DNA from: Candidatus Adlerbacteria bacterium | GTDB taxonomy: Bacteria > Patescibacteriota > Minisyncoccia > Phycocordibacterales > SBAW01 | Reading direction: 5' to 3' | DNA length: 64,000 nucleotides | NCBI GenBank assembly: GCA_028286685.1 | Contig: JAQBRA010000005.1 | Coordinates: forward strand, 16,726 to 80,725 | Shown: positions 19,558 through 27,444 of the stretch, piece by piece | Numbering within the stretch: the stretch's first letter is position 1 | Layout of the letters: every line of letters begins with the position of its first letter | The notes under the pieces: model-generated | What the model was told of the DNA's origin: nothing | Seen by the model: the letters and a program-made list of their open reading frames with translations, nothing else | Databases searched by the model: none | Translations under genes and position numbers: made by a program

Positions 19558-20823
19558 TTAGGGAGTGAAGGATTCGGGTATGGGAAACTTCTGGGCGAGC
19601 GCTGTTATTTCGGCGCGTATAGCGCCGAGCTTTTCCGCATCTCCCCTGCCCTCAAGCGCATTCAGCATAAGCTCGGCCACCCGCGCGCACTCCGCTTCCT
19701 TAAATCCGCGCGTCGTTATGGCCGGCGTGCCAAAGCGGATGCCGGACGGGTCCATCGGCTTGCGCGAGTCGTCTGCGATGACATTCTTGTTGAGCGTGAT
19801 GCCGACTGAGTCCAGAATGGATTCTGCCTCTTTCCCTGATACGCCCAAGGAGCCGAACACATCGGCCAAAATAAGATGATTGCTGGTGCCGCCGGCCAGC
19901 ATGCGGATGCCGCGCGCGCGGAATACTTCCTCCATTGCTTTGGCGTTCTTAAGAATTTGCGCGGCGTACGTTTTAAAAGATGGCTGCAGGGCCTCGCCGA
20001 ATGCGACCGCCTTGGCCGCAATGACCTGCATCAATGGGCCGCCTTGCAGTCCCGGAAATACCGCCTTGTCTATTTTCTTTGCCAGCTCTTCCGACTCCCT
20101 CACCAAAATCAAGCCGCCGCGCGGCCCGCGCAGAGTCTTGTGCGTCGTCGAAGTCATAATATCGAACCCGGCATCAAACGGATTCTTGTGCACGCCGCCC
20201 GCGATAAGCCCCGCGATGTGCGCGATGTCGGCGACTGCATACGCCCCCACCTCGCGGGCGATTGCCACGAACTTCTCATAATCGAGCTCGCGGCTATAGG
20301 CCGAGAACCCGGCCAGAATTATTTTAGGCTTATGCTCGAGGGCTACGCGGCGCATTTCCTCGTAATCTATCTCGCCGGTCTCAACGTCTTTCATCTTGTA
20401 GCGGACGAAGTTAAAAATCTTGGCCAGGTAGGTCACCGGGTGCCCGTGGGTCAGATGCCCGCCGTGCGAAAGGTCCATGCCCAAGACGGTGTCGCCGGGC
20501 TCCAGAAGCGCCATGTACATGGCCATGTTGGCATTGGCGCCCGAGTGCGGCTGCACGTTAGCGAACCCCGCGTTAAATAATTTCTTGGCGCGCTCAATGG
20601 CAAGCGTCTCGACCGCATCGGTAAACTCCTGCCCGCCGTAGTAGCGCTTGCCCGGATAGCCCTCGGCGTACTTGTTGGTAAGTATCGAGCCCTGCGCCTC
20701 GCGCACCGCGAGAGACACATAATTCTCCGAAGGAATAAGCTCGAGGCCGTTAGCCTCGCGCGCCTCCTCTCCCGCCAGGGCGTCGCTTACTTCCTTGTCT
20801 TGCTTGCCTATAGAGTCGTACAT
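19558..20823 (-). CDS. glyA: Serine hydroxymethyltransferase
   Basis: 421 aa, ..LELIPSENYVS..GYPGKRYYGG..DLSHGGHLTHG... Confidence 0.9.
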   Translation of the reverse strand: MYDSIGKQDKEVSDALAGEEAREANGLELIPSENYVSLAVREAQGSILTNKYAEGYPGKRYYGGQEFTDAVETLAIERAKKLFNAGFANVQPHSGANANMAMYMALLEPGDTVLGMDLSHGGHLTHGHPVTYLAKIFNFVRYKMKDVETGEIDYEEMRRVALEHKPKIILAGFSAYSRELDYEKFVAIAREVGAYAVADIAHIAGLIAGGVHKNPFDAGFDIMTSTTHKTLRGPRGGLILVRESEELAKKIDKAVFPGLQGGPLMQVIAAKAVAFGEALQPSFKTYAAQILKNAKAMEEVFRARGIRMLAGGTSNHLILADVFGSLGVSGKEAESILDSVGITLNKNVIADDSRKPMDPSGIRFGTPAITTRGFKEAECARVAELMLNALEGRGDAEKLGAIRAEITALAQKFPIPESFTP

Positions 20824-20850
20824 ACAGGAAACTCTAGCTTGTTTGCATAT

Positions 20851-20888
20851 AAAAAGAAACCGGCCCGCGAGGTGTTACCCGCGGGCCG
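20851..20888 (-). terminator. Rho-independent terminator after the dCTP-deaminase-like gene
   Basis: Minus-strand cggcccgcgggtaacacctcgcgggccg followed by gtttcttttt. Confidence 0.5.
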
Positions 20889-20895
20889 TATCAGG

Positions 20896-21978
20896 TCATT
20901 TTTTGAAGTGCTTGGAGAGCTTGGCGCCCTTAAGCTGGCTCTTATAGCTGGAACGCGCCGCGCCTGAGCCGTAGAGCACCTCGGGAACATCCTTCATGTG
21001 CTCGTAGCGCACGCGGGCGATAGTCTGGCCATGCTCCACAGTCATGTCTTCGTAGGGCGTAATCTCCAGAGTGATAGGCTGACCTTTTGCCTTAAGCCCC
21101 CACCCCGGATCGAAGAATCCGGCTCCGTGCGAGCGGAAATCCCCGAACCTGGGGTCGATAGCCCGCAGTTCTGCCGCGCAGTCGGGCGGCAGGCGCAAGT
21201 GCTCGTGCGTGGTCAGGATGTAGCGGTTTCCCCGCAGCAAGTCGAGCCTGCCGCGGCGCATCCGCACCGGCCTGAAGAAGTCCGCCGGATCGTAGTGGTT
21301 CTTTCTGGAAAGATCGAGCACTTCGTTGACACGGCTGCATTCCCATCCGGCTACGCCGCGCGGCAAGCCGATAGTGAGCAAGAAGGAATCAGCCTGATAC
21401 GCAACCTCGCCACGGCAGAGCTTCTTTCCCGAAGGATCGAAAAAGAGGCCGGGGCTCTCCAAAAGCAAATCGAGTTCGAGTTTTTCGAGAAACGCCTTGC
21501 CGTCAAAGAGCCTGATCTGCGAGAGCGCCACCCCGGGAGATACCACGACCGGAAAGGCCTCGGGCTTGACCGAGATCCAGACCTCGCCCTTCCATCCCGG
21601 ACCGGTAAGCGCGTCGTACATGGTTACCCGGTCCGCGACGACACGAGTGAGCACGAACAGGCGCCCGGTCGAGGACTTGGGGTTAGCGTAGGCATACACG
21701 CTCGGCGGGAGGCGGAACTTGCCTTCTATCCGAATGAGGTACGTAACGCCGACCTCCAGAGGACTGCTCAGGTCATGTGGCGTTCCGCCGAACTCCCGTA
21801 TCTTGGCACGCACTGTCCCATTCTTGTCAGGGAAAAAGGAACGCACCAGTCGGTACGCCTCCGCCGAACAAGGCAGATCAAGAGAAGCCGGATTGAGATA
21901 TTCCTCCGACACCCCTTCAATGAATCCGCTTTGCAGTATTTTGCGAAGCGCTTGGATAGGCAGGACGCCGGTGGACAT
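20896..21978 (-). CDS. Long-form dCTP deaminase / dUTPase-superfamily protein (DCD-like)
   Basis: C-terminal ..SHGAGFFDPGWGLKAKGQPITLEITPYE..SSYKSQL aligns with E. coli Dcd RIDPGWSGCIVLEFYN..AKYRNQQG. Adjacent to tmk, thyA and folA. Start assumed at the internal M (MSTGVLP). Confidence 0.55.
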   Translation of the reverse strand: MSTGVLPIQALRKILQSGFIEGVSEEYLNPASLDLPCSAEAYRLVRSFFPDKNGTVRAKIREFGGTPHDLSSPLEVGVTYLIRIEGKFRLPPSVYAYANPKSSTGRLFVLTRVVADRVTMYDALTGPGWKGEVWISVKPEAFPVVVSPGVALSQIRLFDGKAFLEKLELDLLLESPGLFFDPSGKKLCRGEVAYQADSFLLTIGLPRGVAGWECSRVNEVLDLSRKNHYDPADFFRPVRMRRGRLDLLRGNRYILTTHEHLRLPPDCAAELRAIDPRFGDFRSHGAGFFDPGWGLKAKGQPITLEITPYEDMTVEHGQTIARVRYEHMKDVPEVLYGSGAARSSYKSQLKGAKLSKHFKK

Positions 21979-22037
21979 ATGACAACTCCTCTGTGATTTT
22001 GTTCGTATCCGGAGCGAGCATACCAGAGCGGCAGGCA

Positions 22038-22066
22038 AAGAAAAAGGGCGCCCCGAAGGGCGCCCG
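22038..22066 (-). terminator. Rho-independent terminator after tmk
   Basis: Minus-strand gggcgccc ttcg gggcgccc ttttt. Confidence 0.5.
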
Positions 22067-22088
22067 ATTACGTAGCTGACATGCGTAA

Positions 22089-22820
22089 TTATTTACGGAA
22101 GTGTTTCCCAGGAAGAGGCTGAAAGTTAACAGTCTCGAGTACCGCCGCCAGGATGTCTGCATGCACTTCTTCCCGCGAGCGGTTTGCATCGATCATATAG
22201 ACCTTGCCTTTGCGGTCATCTTTCATGACGACCTTTTCGAAATGCCGAAATCCTTGGCGTACTGATTCGTGCTTCTCTAGGGGCCATGCATCGAATCGGG
22301 TCTCTTTTTGCATCTCTTCTTTGGCGCGGATTTTCATCCGCTCGTCCGCAACTTCGGCAGGAAGGTCAAGAAGAATGTATGCGTCAGGCCGGAAATCCAG
22401 GCCCATTCTCCCTCGGATTTCCAAAAATACGGATTCGAGCTGGAATTGCCCCTCGCCGTAGATTTGAAATGCGAAGGTCGATGAATCGTAGCGATCGCTT
22501 ATAACGTGTCGGCCTTGGTTGATCCAGGGCCGTACCATCATTTCGACATGAGCCGCCCGGGACGCCCAAAAAAGAAAGAAGTCGCATGTGGGCGTCTTGG
22601 GAGGACCGTCCTTGCGCAAGAGCATTTTGCGGATTTCTTCCGCAATTTCTACCCCCTCCCCTCCCGGTTCACGAGTATAGCGCGAACGAACTCCCTGTCC
22701 AATAAGAGCCTCCTTTAGCAAGTCGATTTGCGTTCCCTTGCCGCAGCCATCCATGCCGTCGATGACGATAAATTTACCGTAGGGCCTCGTTCCCGTTTCC
22801 GTCATAACCAATACCCTCAC
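22089..22820 (-). CDS. tmk: Thymidylate kinase
   Basis: P-loop GKFIVIDGMDGCGKGTQ and the TREPGG motif. Confidence 0.8.
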   Translation of the reverse strand: MRVLVMTETGTRPYGKFIVIDGMDGCGKGTQIDLLKEALIGQGVRSRYTREPGGEGVEIAEEIRKMLLRKDGPPKTPTCDFFLFWASRAAHVEMMVRPWINQGRHVISDRYDSSTFAFQIYGEGQFQLESVFLEIRGRMGLDFRPDAYILLDLPAEVADERMKIRAKEEMQKETRFDAWPLEKHESVRQGFRHFEKVVMKDDRKGKVYMIDANRSREEVHADILAAVLETVNFQPLPGKHFRK

Positions 22821-22946
22821 TTATTGCCTGTTTGTACCCGCCCAGCATGGTGCCACACGGGGGGATAAAAAGAAAGCCTTGACCCCTCCCCCGCTACAAG
22901 CTACGGTTGTTTCGGAAAGCTCTAACCCAAGGAAAGGAAACTGGTC

Positions 22947-23774
22947 GTGAAGATTTATAACGATGTACTTAAGCGGATTATGGACGAAGGCGTCGACCGC
23001 CAAGGACGCAACGCAGTGACGCGGGCGCTCTTTGCGGTCCAAATGCGCTTCAGAATGTCTGACGGATTTCCCGCCGTCACAACCAAGAAGCTAGCGTTCA
23101 AAGGGGTCAAAAGCGAGCTGCTGTGGTTCCTTGAGGGCAGTCGCGATGACAACCGCCTCAAGAAGCTCAACGGTTCTGGCCGGACCATATGGACCGAAAA
23201 CGCCGAGGCTGACTATTGGAAGCCGAAGGCGAAGTTTGATGGCGATTTGGGCCGAATCTACGGCGTTCAGTGGCGCAGCTGGCTTACTGCCGATGGACGC
23301 ACCATAGACCAAGTAGCTGATGCGATCGATAAAATTAAGAAGTCGCCCAGCGATCGCCGCATTATCGTCAGCGCATGGAACCCGGGCGAAATCGACCAAA
23401 TGGCCCTGCCGCCTTGCCACATGCTGTTCCAGTTCTTTGTGGCAAACGGCCGACTGTCACTCCACATGGTCCAGCGCAGCTGCGACATGTTCCTCGGCGT
23501 GCCGTTCAATATCGCGTCGTACTCCCTGCTTCTCCATATGGTGGCGCAGGTTACAGGTACCGTGGCAGACGAGTGCATCCTGACGCTCAACGATGCACAT
23601 ATCTACCACGAGCACTTTGATGCGGTAAACGAGCAGCTCTCGCGCGAGCCAATGAAACTCCCGGCCCTCTGGCTCAATCCAGAGATCAAGGATATCGATG
23701 GCTTTACGATGGATGATATTAGGCTCAAAAATTACGAAAGCCATCCCGTCATCCCGGCAAAAATGATCGTCTAA
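22947..23774 (+). CDS. thyA: Thymidylate synthase (ThyA)
   Basis: 275 aa; ..IIVSAWNPGEID.MALPPCH.LFQF..; probable GTG start with an aaggaaa RBS. Confidence 0.9.
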   Translation: MKIYNDVLKRIMDEGVDRQGRNAVTRALFAVQMRFRMSDGFPAVTTKKLAFKGVKSELLWFLEGSRDDNRLKKLNGSGRTIWTENAEADYWKPKAKFDGDLGRIYGVQWRSWLTADGRTIDQVADAIDKIKKSPSDRRIIVSAWNPGEIDQMALPPCHMLFQFFVANGRLSLHMVQRSCDMFLGVPFNIASYSLLLHMVAQVTGTVADECILTLNDAHIYHEHFDAVNEQLSREPMKLPALWLNPEIKDIDGFTMDDIRLKNYESHPVIPAKMIV

Positions 23775-23804
23775 GGGCCGTTTGTTGCCACTAACATGCA
23801 GAGA

Positions 23805-23842
23805 AAAACATCCGCTCCGAGGCAACTCGGAGCGGTTTTTTT
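23805..23842 (+). terminator. Rho-independent terminator after thyA
   Basis: catccgctccgaggcaactcggagcggttttttt. Confidence 0.6.
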
Positions 23843-23949
23843 GCGCATACTACATTTTTGTCTAACCAAAAAAGACTGGGTGCTCAACTTGTGCAAAGGG
23901 CTCCAAATCAGTATAGTTTTTGCGGACAGACCAACATCAGGAGCGTGGC

Positions 23950-24459
23950 ATGAAATTGCCTTCGATCATTATCGTTGCCGCCATGACTCCCAAACGGGTT
24001 ATCGGCAACAACGGCACCATGCCGTGGAAGGTTCTGAGCGACCTTAAGCGGTTCAAGAAGATAACGACGCCCGGCGCGGTCGTCATGGGACCCAAGACAT
24101 TTTCGTCTATTGGCAGGCCGCTGCCTGGCCGGTTTAACATAGTCATAACAACCAACCGCAAATGGGAGCACCCGGGCGTCTTTACGGCCCACTCGGCCCG
24201 CGAAGCGCTCGAGCTCGCTGCCGTACACGGACAGCACGAGCTCTATGCCATAGGCGGTACGAGCGTGTACGAGACGTTCATCCCGCTTGCGGAGCAGATG
24301 TTCATCACCCTTATCCAGACAGACGTGGAGGGTGACACGCACTTCCCCCATTACTACGACAGTGATTGGTACGGCACCCGCCACAATCCTGACTGGAAGC
24401 TTGAACCTGGCGACCCGGTACCCACGAAGCTCATGCACTATCGACGCATTGTGCGATAA
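23950..24459 (+). CDS. folA: Dihydrofolate reductase
   Basis: MKLPSIIIVAAMTPKRVIGNNGTMPW..LSDLKRFKKITT; aggagcg RBS upstream of ATG 23950 (the ORF track starts earlier, at 23920). Confidence 0.85.
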   Translation: MKLPSIIIVAAMTPKRVIGNNGTMPWKVLSDLKRFKKITTPGAVVMGPKTFSSIGRPLPGRFNIVITTNRKWEHPGVFTAHSAREALELAAVHGQHELYAIGGTSVYETFIPLAEQMFITLIQTDVEGDTHFPHYYDSDWYGTRHNPDWKLEPGDPVPTKLMHYRRIVR

Positions 24460-24498
24460 AAAAACGCCCGCGAGTTAATCTCGCGGGCATCTTTTTTT
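24458..24498. terminator. Bidirectional rho-independent terminator (folA / rplK)
   Basis: aaaaaaacgcccgcgagttaatctcgcgggcatcttttttt. Confidence 0.65.
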
Positions 24499-24510
24499 AT
24501 TTGATTGAAA

Positions 24511-24933
24511 CTACTTCACATCCACGCCCATGCTTCTTGCGGAGCCGGAAATGATCTTGATGGCAGTCTCCATGTCGTGCGCGTTAAGGTCGGCCATCTT
24601 TTTCTCAGCAATCTCCTTGACCTGCGCCTTAGTGATAACGCCTACCTTGGCGGTGTTGGGCTTGCCGCTTCCCTTCTCCTTGCCGATGGCCTTGAGGATG
24701 AGCGAGGAAGCCGGAGGGGTCTTGAGTATGAAGTCGTACGAGCGGTCCTCGTATACCGAGATGATGGCGGGGACGATGTCGCCGCGCATGTCCTTGGAGG
24801 CGTCGTTAAAGCGCTTGATGAACTCGCCGATGTTGATGCCGGCAGGGCCAAGCACCTGGCCCATGGCAGGGGTCATCGCGGCTGCGCCGCCCTGTGCCCG
24901 AATCTTGATTTTTTTGACTATTTTCTTGGCCAT
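24511..24933 (-). CDS. rplK: 50S ribosomal protein L11
   Basis: MAKKIVKKIKIRAQGGAAAMTPAMGQVLGPAGINIGEF..; start taken at the internal M. Confidence 0.9.
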   Translation of the reverse strand: MAKKIVKKIKIRAQGGAAAMTPAMGQVLGPAGINIGEFIKRFNDASKDMRGDIVPAIISVYEDRSYDFILKTPPASSLILKAIGKEKGSGKPNTAKVGVITKAQVKEIAEKKMADLNAHDMETAIKIISGSARSMGVDVK

Positions 24934-24976
24934 GTTGGTGTGTGGAGACAATACTCTAAATTAGCGGTTTCTGCAA

Positions 24977-25528
24977 TTAAATCCTCTTTATCTGTAGGAA
25001 GTCGAGTTCTACCGGGGTCTCGCGGCCAAACATAGCCACCAGGACCTTAACCTTGCCGCGGGCCTCGTCTACCTCGCCCACCTTGCCGTCGAGATCCTTA
25101 AACGGGCCGTCGACAATAACGACCGAGTCGCCGGCAGAGAGGTCGATAGAGTGCTTGACCGAGCCTTCGGTCGCCTGCATGCGACCCAAGAGCGTATCCA
25201 CCTCGTCTTGGCGCAGCGGCACCGGATTGACGCCCGAGCCCACGAAGCCGGTTACGCGCGGCGTGTTGCGCACGACGTACCAGGACTGGTCGTCCACTAT
25301 CATATCTACCAAGACGTAGCCCGGGTAGACCTTCTCCTCTTCCTCCACGCGGCGGCCGCCCTTGATCTTGATAGTCTTCTCGGTCGGCACGATTACCTGG
25401 AAGATCTTTTCTCCGAGGCCGAGCGACTCGATGCGCTGGCGCAGGTTGCGCGCCACGGCGTTCTCGTAGCCGGCGTAGGTGTGGATCGCGTACCAGGCGC
25501 GGCCGACGGATGTGTCTTGCTTGGACAT
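24977..25528 (-). CDS. nusG: Transcription termination/antitermination factor NusG
   Basis: MSKQDTSVGRAWYAIHTYAGYENAV.. (NGN domain) plus a C-terminal KOW (GDSVVIVDGPFKDLDGKV). Start taken at the internal M; the ORF track's upstream extension overlaps secE. Confidence 0.85.
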   Translation of the reverse strand: MSKQDTSVGRAWYAIHTYAGYENAVARNLRQRIESLGLGEKIFQVIVPTEKTIKIKGGRRVEEEEKVYPGYVLVDMIVDDQSWYVVRNTPRVTGFVGSGVNPVPLRQDEVDTLLGRMQATEGSVKHSIDLSAGDSVVIVDGPFKDLDGKVGEVDEARGKVKVLVAMFGRETPVELDFLQIKRI

Positions 25529-25545
25529 AAGAAAGAGGTTGCTAG

Positions 25546-25716
25546 TTAGATAATCTGCTCGATACCGAAGCGGAAGACAAAGTCCAGGAGGCCGAGGTAC
25601 AGGGCGGTTACGACGGACACGATAACGACCACCGCAGTGTAAGCGATGGTGAGGTTGCGGCTGGGCCACGACACGTGCTTCATCTCGGCCCGAACGTCCC
25701 TAAAGTAGTTCCACAT
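25546..25716 (-). CDS. secE: Preprotein translocase subunit SecE (56 aa; below the ORF-track length cutoff)
   Basis: Hand translation MWNYFRDVRAEMKHVSWPSRNLTIAYTAVVVIVSVVTALYLGLLDFVFRFGIEQII; EMKKVxWP-like motif plus a single TM helix; canonical position upstream of nusG. Confidence 0.65.
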   Translation of the reverse strand: MWNYFRDVRAEMKHVSWPSRNLTIAYTAVVVIVSVVTALYLGLLDFVFRFGIEQII

Positions 25717-25878
25717 AAATTAAGCATTTTTAAAAGCCCTCTCGGGCCTTTTCCCCATACTACGCCTCTTTAGCTGAGGCGTCAAATAGAGGGAATTCCC
25801 TCTTATTGATGCCTGTTTTGGGGCCAAAAAGTGGATTTTGGAACCGTTCGCCAGATACAATCATGCCATACTTAAGCC

Positions 25879-27429
25879 ATGGAACTTTTACGCAAATTTA
25901 TGGATCTCCCCTATGTAGTGGGAGCTCTAGCCGGAGCCCTGATTCTCTTGGGATTCGCTCCTTTCGGCCTCTGGCCGCTCATTATCCCAGGCCTTGCGCT
26001 CTACTTTTTAAACGCCTCGTATCCAAGCCGAAGCCGCAAGGCGGTGTGGTGGAGCGGATATCTGACCGGTTTTCTCGTAGAACTCTGGATCAGCTACCAG
26101 GGACTCGGGCACATGGCTCTCCTGCCGGGCGCGGAAGGATTTTCGCGCTTGGCACACGCGGGCCCCATAGCGGTTGCCTTTCTCGCAGGAGGCCCGGCCT
26201 TCGGCGCAGTAGCCCTCTTGTTCCAGGCAGTGCGCAGCCGCCTTGTGCTGCTTAATGCGCTTGCAGGCGCCTCGCTCTATACCCTCTCGGAGATGCCCCA
26301 GCAGCTAGCATCCTTTGGTTATTATTGGGCCTCGATCGCCCACCCTTTCACGGCCTTCCCGCCGGCGCTCACGCTCTCCTCGATAGGAGGAACTTTCCTG
26401 GTTTCGTTCTGCATCTCCTGGATCGCCTGCCTGGTAGCAGAGAGCGTGCTGCAGCCTCGTGCCGCAGTATCCGCCGCAGGCATAAGCGCCGCTGCACTCA
26501 TTCTGCTCTGGAGCGCCGGTGCAGCGTCCACTAACGGACTTGTTGAAAAAGGATCAGTCACGGTTGCAAGCGTGCAGACCGATAATTCCTCTCCTACATT
26601 TTCCCAAAGCGAAAATTCTCTTGGGAACCAAGCCCGGGGCCTTTTGGCCGAAGCCGGCAATGGCAGCGCAGGGCTCGTAGTGTTTCCGTGGAGCCTAGCA
26701 CCCGGGGCGTTCTATCTTGATGAGCCGTATCGGGGCGTTATCCGGGGACAAGCAATAACCGAGTCGCTCGGCGCCCACAATTCGCGACTCTCCGGCGCAG
26801 TCGCCTCAGGCACCGTAGCCCTGGTGTGGCCGCAAGTCTATGACGCGCGGGAGGGTCATTTTTATGAAACCTTCCAATTCGTAGAGAGCGGCGTTGCAAC
26901 GGCTGAATACCGCAAACAGCTCATGCATCCGTTCAGCGATTACTACCCGCACTGGATGCAGGCGCTCGGCTTGGCAACGCGCGACGACGCCATCACCCCG
27001 GGACCTTCCGTATCGCACACGCAAGTGGGCAGCTGGAATATCGGCAGCATCGACTGCTCGGAGCTGCACCGGCCGACACTCGCACGGCGCGAGGCTCGCG
27101 AAAGCGATTTTCTCGTATCTATGGGCTCCGATGCGATGTTCAACAACAGCATGACCTCTGAATACAGCCTTGCCGCAGCGCGCTATCGGGCGGCTGAGAA
27201 TAACATCCCTCTCTTACGCGCCTCGCTTGCAGGCCCTTCGGCTATCATTGGAGCCGATGGGTCAATAATTGCCTCCTTGCCTAAGGGAAAATCCGGCATA
27301 CTGCGCGGAGATATTCCTTTTTACGAAACTCGCCAGCAAACGCTCTATAACCGGTTTGGACTGCTTCCTATTGGCCTCATCATAGTATCGAGCGTTGCCG
27401 CGGCCCTTATTGCGCGCCGGAGATACTAG
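25879..27429 (+). CDS. lnt: Apolipoprotein N-acyltransferase-like (polytopic N-terminus + CN-hydrolase/nitrilase domain + C-terminal TM)
   Basis: 516 aa; ~6 N-terminal TM helices, central hydrolase domain containing a SIDCSEL Cys, final TM helix LLPIGLIIVSSVAAALI. Confidence 0.6.
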   Translation: MELLRKFMDLPYVVGALAGALILLGFAPFGLWPLIIPGLALYFLNASYPSRSRKAVWWSGYLTGFLVELWISYQGLGHMALLPGAEGFSRLAHAGPIAVAFLAGGPAFGAVALLFQAVRSRLVLLNALAGASLYTLSEMPQQLASFGYYWASIAHPFTAFPPALTLSSIGGTFLVSFCISWIACLVAESVLQPRAAVSAAGISAAALILLWSAGAASTNGLVEKGSVTVASVQTDNSSPTFSQSENSLGNQARGLLAEAGNGSAGLVVFPWSLAPGAFYLDEPYRGVIRGQAITESLGAHNSRLSGAVASGTVALVWPQVYDAREGHFYETFQFVESGVATAEYRKQLMHPFSDYYPHWMQALGLATRDDAITPGPSVSHTQVGSWNIGSIDCSELHRPTLARREARESDFLVSMGSDAMFNNSMTSEYSLAAARYRAAENNIPLLRASLAGPSAIIGADGSIIASLPKGKSGILRGDIPFYETRQQTLYNRFGLLPIGLIIVSSVAAALIARRRY

Positions 27430-27444
27430 GCTCCGTACCCAAAC

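Noticed and set aside
22821-22946. Possible sigma-70 promoter (TTGACC ... TACAAG) in the tmk/thyA divergent spacer
   Set aside because: Spacing between the hexamers (~10 nt) is too short for a canonical promoter, so not annotated.
25529-25669. N-terminal 47-residue extension of the nusG ORF
   Set aside because: The extension (MAQPQPHHRLHCGGRYRV...) overlaps secE in another frame and has no NusG homology. NusG starts at the internal Met.
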